Below the pieces are notes generated by a model. It was given only the letters and a program-made list of their open reading frames with translations, had not been told where the DNA came from and made no database searches. The translations under genes and the position numbers were made by a program. A stretch of DNA of 64,000 nucleotides from Aplysia californica (lineage: Eukaryota). Shown piece after piece: positions 14,601 through 26,600 of this stretch (positions are counted from its first letter, which is position 1; each line of letters starts with the position of its first letter). The DNA lies in contig NW_004797669.1 in the NCBI RefSeq assembly GCF_000002075.1, forward strand, positions 654,548 through 718,547, read 5' to 3'.

Positions 14601-17600
14601 AATTAATTTAGTTGTCTTCATTTGTGTCATGTTGTGTAGTCTGCTTGCTGCTGATGGAACAGAATATTGTATCTTTTAGCCTTGACTCTTTTCTGTTTAC
14701 CTTTTAATATAATGAAGCTGAACAGTGGGTGGTTTGCAGGACTCTGGTGTGGTTTGCTCTTTCTTTCCTATCAAACAATTATCGTCCTGATCTCTCCTCC
14801 TCCTTCTTTTTTGTGTTTGTTACTCTCTTGTAACACCTCTAATCTTTGACACTTATGTAACCTTATTGTGTTGCAAGTGCTGTAAAACCTTACTAAAACT
14901 AAAAGAAGCTGAAGCGACCTTTTTATTTAGATATAGATTGAGAATAATTTTGGGTCTTTACTCAAGTTCAGTGAACTTAAAAACGATTTTCTTTCAATTT
15001 GAAAAAAAAGGGCCAGGTTAAGGGATTGTTGTACTGGATGACTTGTATGAAACGACTAAGGTTCTTTTACTGCGTGTCTTCATCTCCATACTCTTCCTTC
15101 CATTGGTCATTTGTTTACTAATTTGTAGTGCAACTGTTTCAATTTGGTTTATTTTTCTTTCAATCAGGCCAAATATTTTTGTTCTCAACACAAACCAAGT
15201 ATAAGAGAGACACAGACGAGGCTGGAAATCGGCAGGTCTAAACTGAAGATTGAGACTCAGCACAAGGATATTACCACTAGGTAAGTGATGGAATCAACTT
15301 AAAGGCTCTGAACTTGTTGCTCTTTTTAGAAAAATAGATGGCAAAAGATGCAGAGGTAGACCCATTGTGACTTATTTAGAGGTCTTGAACTGATAGGACA
15401 CAAGAAATTGCCAGGATCATAAAAGTATGTTAGTGCCACTGAGCAACGAGTGGCAAAACCATGATTGTCAATGTCAGTTTCAGATCTGGCTTTTGAAAGG
15501 GGAAAAATGACAGAAGTTATTCTCTGGGAAAGCCCTTGAAAGTGCTTATACCAGCTCCTCATGATAAAGCACAGCTAATCATAATGGCAACTATAGCATA
15601 CGTTTACTTCTGTTTTTGGTGAAATTGTTATTTTAGGTGAATGATTGGGGGGAAAGGTTATGTTAGTTATAAGGGAGAGGATGTAGATGGTCTTTGTTTT
15701 GATATGTGTTAAAAATTATATACTCAAATGGATGACTTGAAATAAATATCATTAATTTGTTATATTTGTCGTCTTCTTTGTGGTGACATTTTGTCATGTT
15801 TAAGTCATCTCTTTGGGACTGAAATGTATGCACAAACAACTCGTCAGTTTTATCACTCAGCGATTTCAAACCTATGGGTTTTGTTCATTTCCACACTAAG
15901 TTAATGTTCATAAATAAGACGACATCTCTCTTTTGTTCCTGACGACAGTTATTTAGTGCTTCTTTGTTCCTACTAGCCAAGCACCTGTGTTTTCCTACAC
16001 TCGAGCGGCCCTGGGCTTGCTGGAGAAAGTGGCGGTTTGTGTGCAGAAGAAAGAACCCATCTTGCTGACGGGAGAAACAGGCACCGGGAAGACGTCCACT
16101 GTCCAGTTCCTGGCTCACCATTTGGGTAAGAGACTCTCATTATTTTTTTTACTCTTGCCTGCTGATTGCTGTTCTGTGCATATCAACTGAGTTAACATTT
16201 CAGGGGTAGTCTAGCAGGGGAACTCAAAGGAGAAAGAAAAAAAAAAGTTTATATTCATGTGTCCAGCGGGGGTAAGTTTTATTTCTCCATCTTTTGTTGT
16301 AAGTTTTGTCTCTCCATCTTTTGTTGTTGTTGATTGCAAAGTAACGAAATTGCCTTTCATTTTTTAAGGCCTTTCTTTCTTTGTCTTTTTCCCACAGGCC
16401 ATCGACTACACGTCATCAACTTGAACCAACAATCAGACAGCACAGATTTTCTTGGAGGGTATGTCTCACAATGTTCAATTTATTCTGTTCTAGTTTTATT
16501 TTCCTTTGTTTTCTACTGTGTAAATAATGACACCCTGAACTTTCTATGTGATTCTGTTCTTCGTTTTCTTAAACCTGTAAGTGCGTGACTTGGATCACTA
16601 GGATGTGGGCATATTTCTTGTAATCTAGAAAGGCTGATGCACCCGGGACTAACATCATTTCGTTAATTGAGGGACAGGAATAGGAGAAAAGTTAAGGGAT
16701 TTGTGCTCTAACGGCCGCCTGTATAAGACTCTCACCAGTACAAACAGCCCCTTCCTCCCCCCCCCCCTCCCCGCTTTTTAAAACTATATAAATGATGCTG
16801 TGTAAGACGGCCACTTTTCTTCTTGACTGTGGGTTATTGTCTTAACCCTATCCATACATCCTGGGGTCATTTTGTACCCCCACGGTTGTATTCTTCACAT
16901 TTTAGAATACTTCTAGTACGAAGATCTCTTTGAAACTTTCAGTATTTCTCAAAAAATTATTTTGACTGACTGCTATGCAAAGCGCACGGATCGGATTAAC
17001 GACTAAGTTTCCTCTTTGAAAGTGGTGGCACAGAGTTCCCAATGTTGTATGGATATGATAGTAAACACGACATACAGATAGGGTTAAACAATTTCAGCTG
17101 CAGCTAAATTCATTGTTTCTTGGATTTAACATTTTTAACTGTTTCTAGTCAAAGAAATTACAATGGGTTTTTATCTTAAGTTCACCTGAGAATGTGAACT
17201 GATCCAGATATGTCAGTGTTTTATTTTTCTGTNNNNNNNNNNNNNNNNNNNNNNNNNNNNNNNNNNNNNNNNNNNNNNNNNNNNNNNNNNNNNNNNNNNN
17301 NNNNNNNNNNNNNNNNNNNNNNNNNNNNNNNNNNNNNNNNNNNNNNNNNNNNNNNNNNNNNNNNNNNNNNNNNNNNNNNNNNNNNACCCCCCCCCACCCC
17401 AAAAAAAAAACAACAACAAAAAACAACCCCAAACAAACTGCAAGTATTATTGAAAATGTTTTCTGCTCTCTTGAACACTATGTCATTTGAATTTGCGGCT
17501 GTATTAGTTAGGCTCTTTGCTGTGGCATGCAGGAGACCTCAGTTCAATTCCTGAATAGGGAGAACATTTTTATTGAGTATCCTGGCCGTCCTGCTGGGAT

Positions 17601-20600
17601 GTATCCCCCTCAGCCGGCATTGACACTGATAGGCAGGGTCGGAAGCCTGCCCCCTTAATGATTTGAATTGTGTCGATGGGGGTGTAGAAACTCTTACATT
17701 AAAATAAAAATAATTTGAAAAACTCCTCCACGTGGGAATTGTGATCATGTCTTCTATATACAAGGGCGAAGAACTTAACCATTATTACACCACAACCGGC
17801 AGGCTCTTGATGTCTACTGACTGTCCCCTTATGTGATTAATGGGAACCTAAAAATAAAGACACGGTGATTTAGATGCTCTCACATATTTGCCTCAACTTT
17901 ATCAGTTATGTACATTGTGGATTCTTCAATTATTCTGTTTTCCTTATTTCAGATTGTTTGTCGTTTAAAAAAAAAAAATAGAAGGAAAAAAGTTATTTTT
18001 AGTAAAAATGTGTGTTTAAGTAAGACAAAATTAAAAATTTTGTTGATAGTCCACACCATACCTCTGTGAAAATCTCGACTTTATTGACAGTATGTTGTTT
18101 TTTCCTCTTTTCCTCCAGACTTTGTTCGCTAAGAAGCAGTGGTCCAATCTTCTGACATTGATAGAAACTCCCGTTAAGAAGGCGCTGAACAAGTTGGATG
18201 CTGGTAATTCACTAACACATCATTTCATCCATTTGATAGTCGGTATTTGTCTTATGAGTGGAAATATTGCACTTTGTAGCAGATTTATATGTTTAAACTT
18301 TTTTGTTTGTTTTTTGATTTTGTAAAGTGTTTTACGGCGCTCGCAACTGCATAGGTCATATGAGCGCGCGGGACACACCTAATATTTTCAGTTGGTAGGA
18401 AAATTTTGAATTTTGCCCGGGTGGCGGCTGAAGCCTACTCTTATCGATTTTAGACCACCAAGGGATCTCTAACGTGCGCAACTTGCACACGGGCCCTCCA
18501 AGATTTTTCGCCCTTGTCCGAGAAGGCTAGGTGTAGATCTTTCCTACCAGAAGATCAGGGGTGTGGCTGAAAGACAGCAGTAAGAAGAAACGAAGGAGTA
18601 TCAGTAGAAAGGCTGCAGAAAGAATCAGGAGCCCAGAGGAAGGGGCAAAGGAGATGAGGGGGAGGGGGCAGAAAGAGGAGACGAAAGAAGACGACAGAAC
18701 ATTGCTAGAGAGCAGGAAATGAGGTGAAAGGAGACAAATTTAGAGAAGAAAATTTTTCGGTCGCTACCTGGATTCGAACCCGGGACCTTTTGAATGAGAG
18801 GCCAACACCTTAACCTCAAGGCCACGAGAGCCCCCACATTTTTTGTTTGACAATGTCCCCTGATGGTAATATTTGAAGAAAACATGGGAAAAAAATAGCA
18901 GTCATGTGTTAAAAAATATTTTTTTAGTTACACCTCATGAAGAATTTATGACATTATCGTCTGATGAAGCATATCATTTTAAAAGGTGAGAAACACTGAA
19001 AATGTGACATCTTCTTAAGCTCACTCTTTGTTATGAACTGTTTTCACTGTTATTAAAAATGGAGATACGACTAGAAAACACTGGGGTCTCGATGTGTTAT
19101 AGGACAGAACGAGGTTAAAAACTTCGAAACAAAGCTTTCTCAAAATTGATGAAGTGTGACAACTATTTTGTTGCTCTCTCTCCCCTTGATTGGACGACAC
19201 ACCACTACTGTAGGGACCGATGTCCTATTCAAACAGGTTCTCAATGTGTGTACCAGTTTCTGGAGTGTAATGGTTAGGCTCTCTACTGTCTGAGGCAGAA
19301 GAAGTACAATTCTGAGCTGGGAAATGCTACTTTAATGAGCACATTTGTCTGCTGGGGATATTGTATCCCATCCAGCGTGAGATCTCTCTGACAGTAAGGG
19401 TCTCCTAAATGATGTACATTATGGTAGCCCTTTTTGAGACATACTGGCATAAACTGGCCTTCCCATCATGTTGCCATACCTGCTTTCCTGCTGTAGAGCC
19501 ATACCGGCTTTTACCGGCTTAAAACACCGGCCTTTAGTGCAGGCTTAGAAATAAGAACATTCCATTCTGAATTTAGATGCTGACGTTGTAGGTCTCTGTA
19601 TGTGAAATTTCATTGAAATGTGTCGCTTAGATCAAAGGCAAAAACAATTTCTTTGCTACACCCCTGAACCTCTTAAAAACACAGAAATAATTCTGTTCTG
19701 GGAAGCCATCAGAAGGCTGTCATTTTGGTTCTGCTGTGTTGACTTGCTGACCTATTTATGGTGCTAAGAGGGTTAATGGGGGGGGGGGGGGGGGGGGCGT
19801 ATAACATTTACAGATGTACAATCATTGTGTCTCGTTCTGTTCCCAGCAACTGCGGAGTATGCTCAGTGGTCTGCAGTGTTGAAGCGAATTCATGTCCTAC
19901 GCGTCCAGATCAAGGAGGCTAACAGCGCTCTTGCATTTTCCTTTTTGGAGGTATTCTAGATCTTGTCGTCATCTTTATAATCTCCATCTTTGTTGTCGTC
20001 AACATTGTCATTGAAGTCATCGGCCTCATTATCATCATCATTTGTCATCGTCATCATCATTGCAAAGTAGTAAAAAATATATGGAGACTTGCATATTGTT
20101 TGTAGCATTTTCGAAATTGCCTTTCGTTTTACCTCTTATATTTCATCATGAACATTATAAAGTAAACTGAAACAAATGAATATGTCATTACCATCATCCT
20201 CCCCCTTGCAAACATCAACATCATCTTTACTGATAGGTTATCATGTGTTTGCCTTGTCAAAGGACACTGGTCAAGGCTTTGTTTCCATCCTCCTCCTCTT
20301 TTTCATCATTGTCATCATCATTGTCTTTGTCGCGTGTCATCATCATCATCATCGTCATCGATTTTGTAAAGTTGCAAAAAAAACAAACTCTGAGAACTCT
20401 TGTATTATGGGTTGGGAAGTATTTTGTAGAAATGAAATTGTCCAAACATCATCATCATCATCATCATCATGATTTCTAAGTAGTAAAAGAAGAACCCTGT
20501 AGACTTCAGCATAAAAGCATAAGTATGAAATATGTAGTATTTTCTTCAAACTTGTCTCTTTCACCCTTAGAAACATAAAACAAATAAACTCGGTATTTCC

Positions 20601-23600
20601 AGTTTTGAAATTCTAGTCCCCACCAATTTTTTGCCCTTTTTTATCTTAGAGCTGTGTCAACAATATGGTAAGACTTTTAAAAAATCTTTCGGCATTATAG
20701 TCCACCGTGATTTTAATATCGTTTTACAGATCTAGTGTCCCACCCTCTAATTTTGGGCCAGAGTCCTTTTTGAGATATCTACACATTGTGTGGCTACTTT
20801 ATATAAATAGAACTCATTGTGCCGATAATACAACAATGTTTTCGTCGTCAGGGGACACTGGTCAAGGCATTGCGTCAGGGTCACTGGGTGCTGCTGGACG
20901 AGATCAACCTGGCCTCGGCCGAGACATTGGACAGCCTAGCAGGTCTCCTGGAGAGTCCCACGGGCTCCGTCGTGCTCACAGAGAGGGGGTGAGTGGTGAT
21001 ATGAAGAGTTGATTTTTTTTTTCCCTTTTGCCGCCTTGTAGCAACTCTAAAATTTTCAAAGTACCAGTCATCTATTCTCAAGAAATACAAGTATTCTGTT
21101 CTCAATAACTCAATATGCATAGCATTGACCCTTTTTCTTTTCTTGCACTCACTGCTGGATTGTTGTCACGCATTAGCCTAATTCGCTTTATATGTCATCA
21201 TCACTGAACACAGTATGGTTGCCCTTATGACAGGACCGGCTAACCCACAAAAGTACCCCCAAAAAATTATTTGTCGAAGTGATATTTAATTAAATTATTC
21301 ATTTCATATGCTCAGTCAATGACAGGTCTGAATTTTGACTACAAGTGCTCTTAAAAGTTGTTGAACAACCCACTAGCCACCTGGTTACTGCATGATGAAA
21401 CCAAATAAGTTTTTTGCTCCTCGTATAAAATTACTTTGCTGGGCTATGTAAAACGTAAACCAATGCAGCACAAATGCTGTCATCTGTCAAGTGACGGACT
21501 CATTTCCTTTGGATATTGCTACTGATGCTGCTGCATGATTTATTGTAATGCTCAATATAGATGACACTGTACTCATTCAATATCTCAATATTTTATTCCA
21601 GGGACATTGACCCCGTAAAACGCCATCCAGACTTCCGCCTGTTTGCCTGCATGAACCCGGCCACTGACGTGGGAAAGAAAGATTTGCCTGCCGGCATCAG
21701 GAACAGGTGAGGATTGTTCATTATCTTCGACGGACGCTGTTTGTTGTTGTCTTATCTGTTGATGTGTTATTTGCTGATCCCTCTGCCTTTGTCTTGTTTC
21801 TTTCTTTTTTGTTGTTGTTTTTTTAATGACTTAAACCCAATGGACTTTCTTTACCCTTTCTGAATCGATGATAGCTACAACAACTTTACCCTTTTGTGAA
21901 CCAAATACACCTGTCAGCATTTGGGTGTATGTTCTTCAGTTGATGGGCAGGAGCTCAGGTGCATATAGGCTGTAGCACCTTGCTTCCTTACTGATCTGAA
22001 ATGTACCAATGGAAAAGAAAAATATTTACAGTGTGTAATCCATCCATTTTTCACACACAGATTGGGAATATTGCTCTTTGCAAAATAGTCATCATTGTTC
22101 ATGGAGTTCTTTGTAGAAGAGCTTGAGATTTTGGAAGATTTGTCTGCACTGGTTCTCAAAGTAAATTCTTTTTTGTTAGACTTTTGTGTTCTGTTTTTTC
22201 AGTGAAAACAAGATGTTCAAGGACTTTTTTCTGTTCAAATGTTTATGTCGCCACTCACTTTGTATACTATTTCAGATTCACAAAGTGCTGTGAGTAGACA
22301 TTGCCTCTGTCTTTGTAAAATATTTCAGGTTCACAGAGTTCTTTGTGGAAGAGCTTGAGAACTCAGAGGATCTGTCCACGCTGGTGCGGGACTACCTCCA
22401 GGGCCTGTCTTTGTCCCCCAAGCAGGTCACGGGCATCGTCAAGTTCTACTTGACCATCCGGGGCGAGGTCGCTGACAAACTGACTGACGGCACTGGTCAC
22501 AAGCCTCATTACAGGTCAGGAATAAAAAAAATTGTTTTTCTTTATTCTTTTCTTTTATAACGGCATTTTGAGTTGATAAATAGTTTACAGCTCTGTTGAA
22601 ATTTGAAAGGTGTTGTTACTTTAGAAGCTCTCTAGCCATTTATGCAGCCTACAAGAATTACAGATGAAAAAATAAAAATATAAAAAGAACACCTCGATTT
22701 TGATAAAACAGATAAAACATTTGGTTTCTGACCTCATGGTCTTAGTAACTCAAAACAGCCAAAATTGTCAGAAAGAACTTTGTAATTCTAAAATAGCATA
22801 TTGACTATCACTTATCCATTGTTTTCCTCAGTCTTCGTACGCTGTGCCGGGCCCTCAGATACAGTGCCAGAAATCCTTGCAGAAGTGTACCCCGCTCCCT
22901 GTATGAGGTAAGCCTTGTTATTGTTATATTTTAAAAATTTTGTTTCTTAAATTTGTAAGTGTTTTAGGCCTAAATTGATTTAGTTTAGATGATTTTGGGA
23001 GGAAGGCTGCTTCGAACCTGCCTTTCAGGGCCAACCTGAACTGAGCGTGATACAAAATCCCAGCAGGCCAGTATAGAGATATTTGCTATAGAACTTCCCC
23101 TCCCTGGAGTGAAATGTCACTCTTTGCTAAGGCGGCTGTAGGTCTTACTTCTTTTTTTTCCTTCTGTGTTTTCTGTCTATCTTGCTTTTTCCTTCTCTAA
23201 ACGACCATTTTTGTGTTGATGTGGTGCTTCTGTTTGCTCAAACAAATATTGGGGAGTTTTATTTTTTTATTTTTTCCCCCCTAGGGTTTCTGCCTGAGTT
23301 TCCTGAGCCAGCTGGACCGGTCATCTCACCCGGTAGTGGACAATCTGATCTGTCGCCACGTCCTGGGCAGTGCCACCAGCACCGCTACCAAGGCCATCCT
23401 CAGCCAGAAACTGCCGCGGCCCGACGAGGGCGTCCGGGAGGGGGGCGGAGCCTCGTACGTGTCGGTGGCCGACTACTGGATCTCTCGCGGCCGTCTCAAG
23501 CCCAGCACACCCCAGGACTACATCCTCACGCCATCGGTCAAGCTCAACCTGAAGGATCTGGCACGAGTTGTTTCTGCTGGGTAAGCCATGTTTTTTACTT

Positions 23601-26600
23601 GTTTTTCTACTTAAAATAGAATAAGCATAAAAGGGAAATTGATGAGGGTATTTAACTCCTTATCTCTGACAAGCGGTCGGAACCGCTGTGCTGGTGAGGC
23701 GCTGACAGTGGCTTGGGAATATTCCTTTGTGACGACTTCAACGTCAAATTATTTTTCTGCAATAACTGATTCATTAGATGAAGACTATCAAAATAGGTTC
23801 ACTTGTTTTGGTTTAATGACCAATATAGTTACATATGTCACTTTTAGACTTCGTACTGAAAGAAGGCCCCGGCATAGTGGGTTTACCCCCGAGATTCATA
23901 TTCATTGACTTCTGCCTTATTGTAATATACCAAATGACATTTGGTTGTGTTGTTCTGACAAAACATGGTAGTAAATGTGTCAATACGCCGTATATGGCAA
24001 ATTTACTCGAATGCCCCCTTCTTTGTGTATTCCCCCCAGGCGCCAACCAGTTTTGCTCCAGGGTGAGACGTCAGTGGGCAAGACCTCGCTGGTCGTGTAC
24101 CTGTCTCGTCTGAGCGGCAACGTGTGTGTCAGGGTGAACAACCACGAACACACTGACCTGCAGGAGTACATCGGCTCTTATGTCGCAGACGAACACGGAA
24201 AACTCGTCTTCAAGGAAGGTAGGCTACAGATTACCAGGTTTTTAAATAGATTTTACCTCATTACAAAGTCTTGGCTTGTTGACTTGATTAGATAATGCTA
24301 TATCGCGAATGAACAGAAGAAATTGTGGTTTTTAACGGTTAGCGGTTGGTGCAAGTTACGTAGATGTTTCTATTTAAAAAATAGTCGTCTTGTTATAGAT
24401 AGACATGGCACTTTCATCTTCAGGGAATCTTAATAACAGACACCAGTTTTCTAGATTTTTCAGTAATTTTGAAAAATTAAATCTTTGATCTTTGCCATGT
24501 CTGTTTTGCATTTTGTCTTCACTGGACAACCGTCATGCTGCTTATCTTGAACTCGAACTCTGATGTTCATCTCGTATGTCTGTGTATTTTTCCAGGTGTC
24601 CTAGTGGAGGCCATGAGGAAAGGACACTGGATCATCCTGGACGAACTCAACCTTGCGCCAACTGATGTGCTGGAGGCTCTCAATAGGGTGAGTACAGCAC
24701 GGCTCACCTGTCAGTGACATTTCAGAAAATGAACAAATATGAAAATTAAAGTTTAATTAGGTTCGCTAATTTTTGACAAATTTGCAAGTTCGGTACCCCC
24801 CGAAACTGAGAATATACGCTTTTTGGACAGTGGGAGGTACAAGCGCTGCTGAAAATATACACGCATTGGGCTGGAAAGGTCAAAGGTCTTTATGTTTTCG
24901 AGGGTCTTAGGAACTGCATTCATCTGTCTTAATGCTTTTTTATTGTCTTATTGTTTCACTAACACGAAAACAAAAACTCTTTCTTCGTCCAGCTGCTTGA
25001 CCATAACCAAGAGTTGTTCATCCCAGAGACTCAGGAAGTTGTCCAGGCTCACCCAAAATTCCAGCTTTTTGCCACGCAGAACCCGCCTGGATTGTACGGA
25101 GGTCGGAAGGTCAGTCGGTCACTTCATCTCGATTATAACACAATTTTATTCGTCATGAGTGTTGTAAAAACTGCAGTTTCTTGTTTTGCATCCTCAGTTT
25201 AGCTGGGCTTTGTTTCGTATTCTCAAAGTCCTATTATTAAGACATTTTCACTTTTGTTAAGGTCGTAAAGTTGACTTACGTAAGCACTGTGTAAGTTTTT
25301 TTGAAGCAACAGAAAATAACTTAAGAATTGTGTTGATGAGGGTGTGAAAAGTAACTACATTTAAAATACTTGGACAATTGTGTTATGGCCATGACGATAT
25401 GGCATCTCGCTGTTGCTTTTTTTTTTTCGGTGCTGCGGTTGTGGTATGAGCTGCTATTATTTTTGTTGATTGAATCACATATTTATTCCATTTAAATGTC
25501 TCAAGTGCAGATTTTTAATTGCAAAAGAGGAACATGTGTTTGTGATTAGTGAAGAATCAGTAAAACAATCTCATCCCTTTGTTTCAGGAATCAGAAGATT
25601 TATTAGCTTCTTACAGATCGACATAGGCTTCTTTGCATTTTCATTTTTTTTTACTGTCCTTGTTCCAATGATAATCAAGAGTATTTTCGTTTTGGTGTTC
25701 CCAAAAGAGTACCTTATTTTTATGTACTTATTTTTACACCAAGATAATTATAAATCGTGAGAAATCTGTCTTTTATATTAAAGGTATACACATTTGTTGT
25801 GTGCTATCAATTGTTATGTGCAAGTGGAAGGTTTTAAGATTGTTTATCAGCAAAGTAAAAGTTGGGATGTTGCGTTCTTTTAACTAATCATCTTAAGGTT
25901 AATACTCAAGTTGCAAAGAAACATGCCATTTTTTTTCAGGTTCTATCAAGAGCTTTCCGTAACAGATTTATCGAGCTTCACTTTGATGAGATTCCCCCGA
26001 AAGAGCTGGAGACGATTCTGCACGAACGTTGCGGCATCCCGCTCTCCTTTGCTCGCAAGCTGGTGGCTGTCATGTTGGAACTTCAGGTCAGTAGCTAGAC
26101 TGATTATTAGAACTTAAGAGGTTTGATTACAGAAGTGGTTTCATAGAACAAAATACCTATTTTATGTCTCTTGATTGTGAAGATAATCCTGCTAAATGTC
26201 CTGAAGGTTATTTTACAAACATTTTGAATTACAAATCATCTTACTTCTTTTTTTACTTTTTTTTTCTAACAAGCTGTACAAGTTTCCTGTCTTATTTTCC
26301 ATGGTCCTGTCTGTGTTTAAAAAAAATTATTAGCCAGTTTCTTAATGTTTGTTTTCTTTTTCCTTTCTGTGTTTCTGCAGTTGTTTTTGTGCTGAGTTGC
26401 TGTAGTTCTCGTACACAAATCTCTCCAATGTGAGTAATGGCTCTTGCATTATCACAAAGGTTACGGTTTTTTTCCCCTGGGTTCTAGGTTTTGTGCTTTA
26501 TCTTTAAAAAAAATAATCATATTCATCGTTAGACTCGGCGACGTGGATCAAGCATTTTCTCTGGCAAGCAAGGCTTCATGACGCTGCGTGATCTGTTCCG

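Noticed and set aside
18755-18835. tRNA gene
   Set aside because: The tRNA-like head is continuous with a SINE body that is repeated elsewhere in the window
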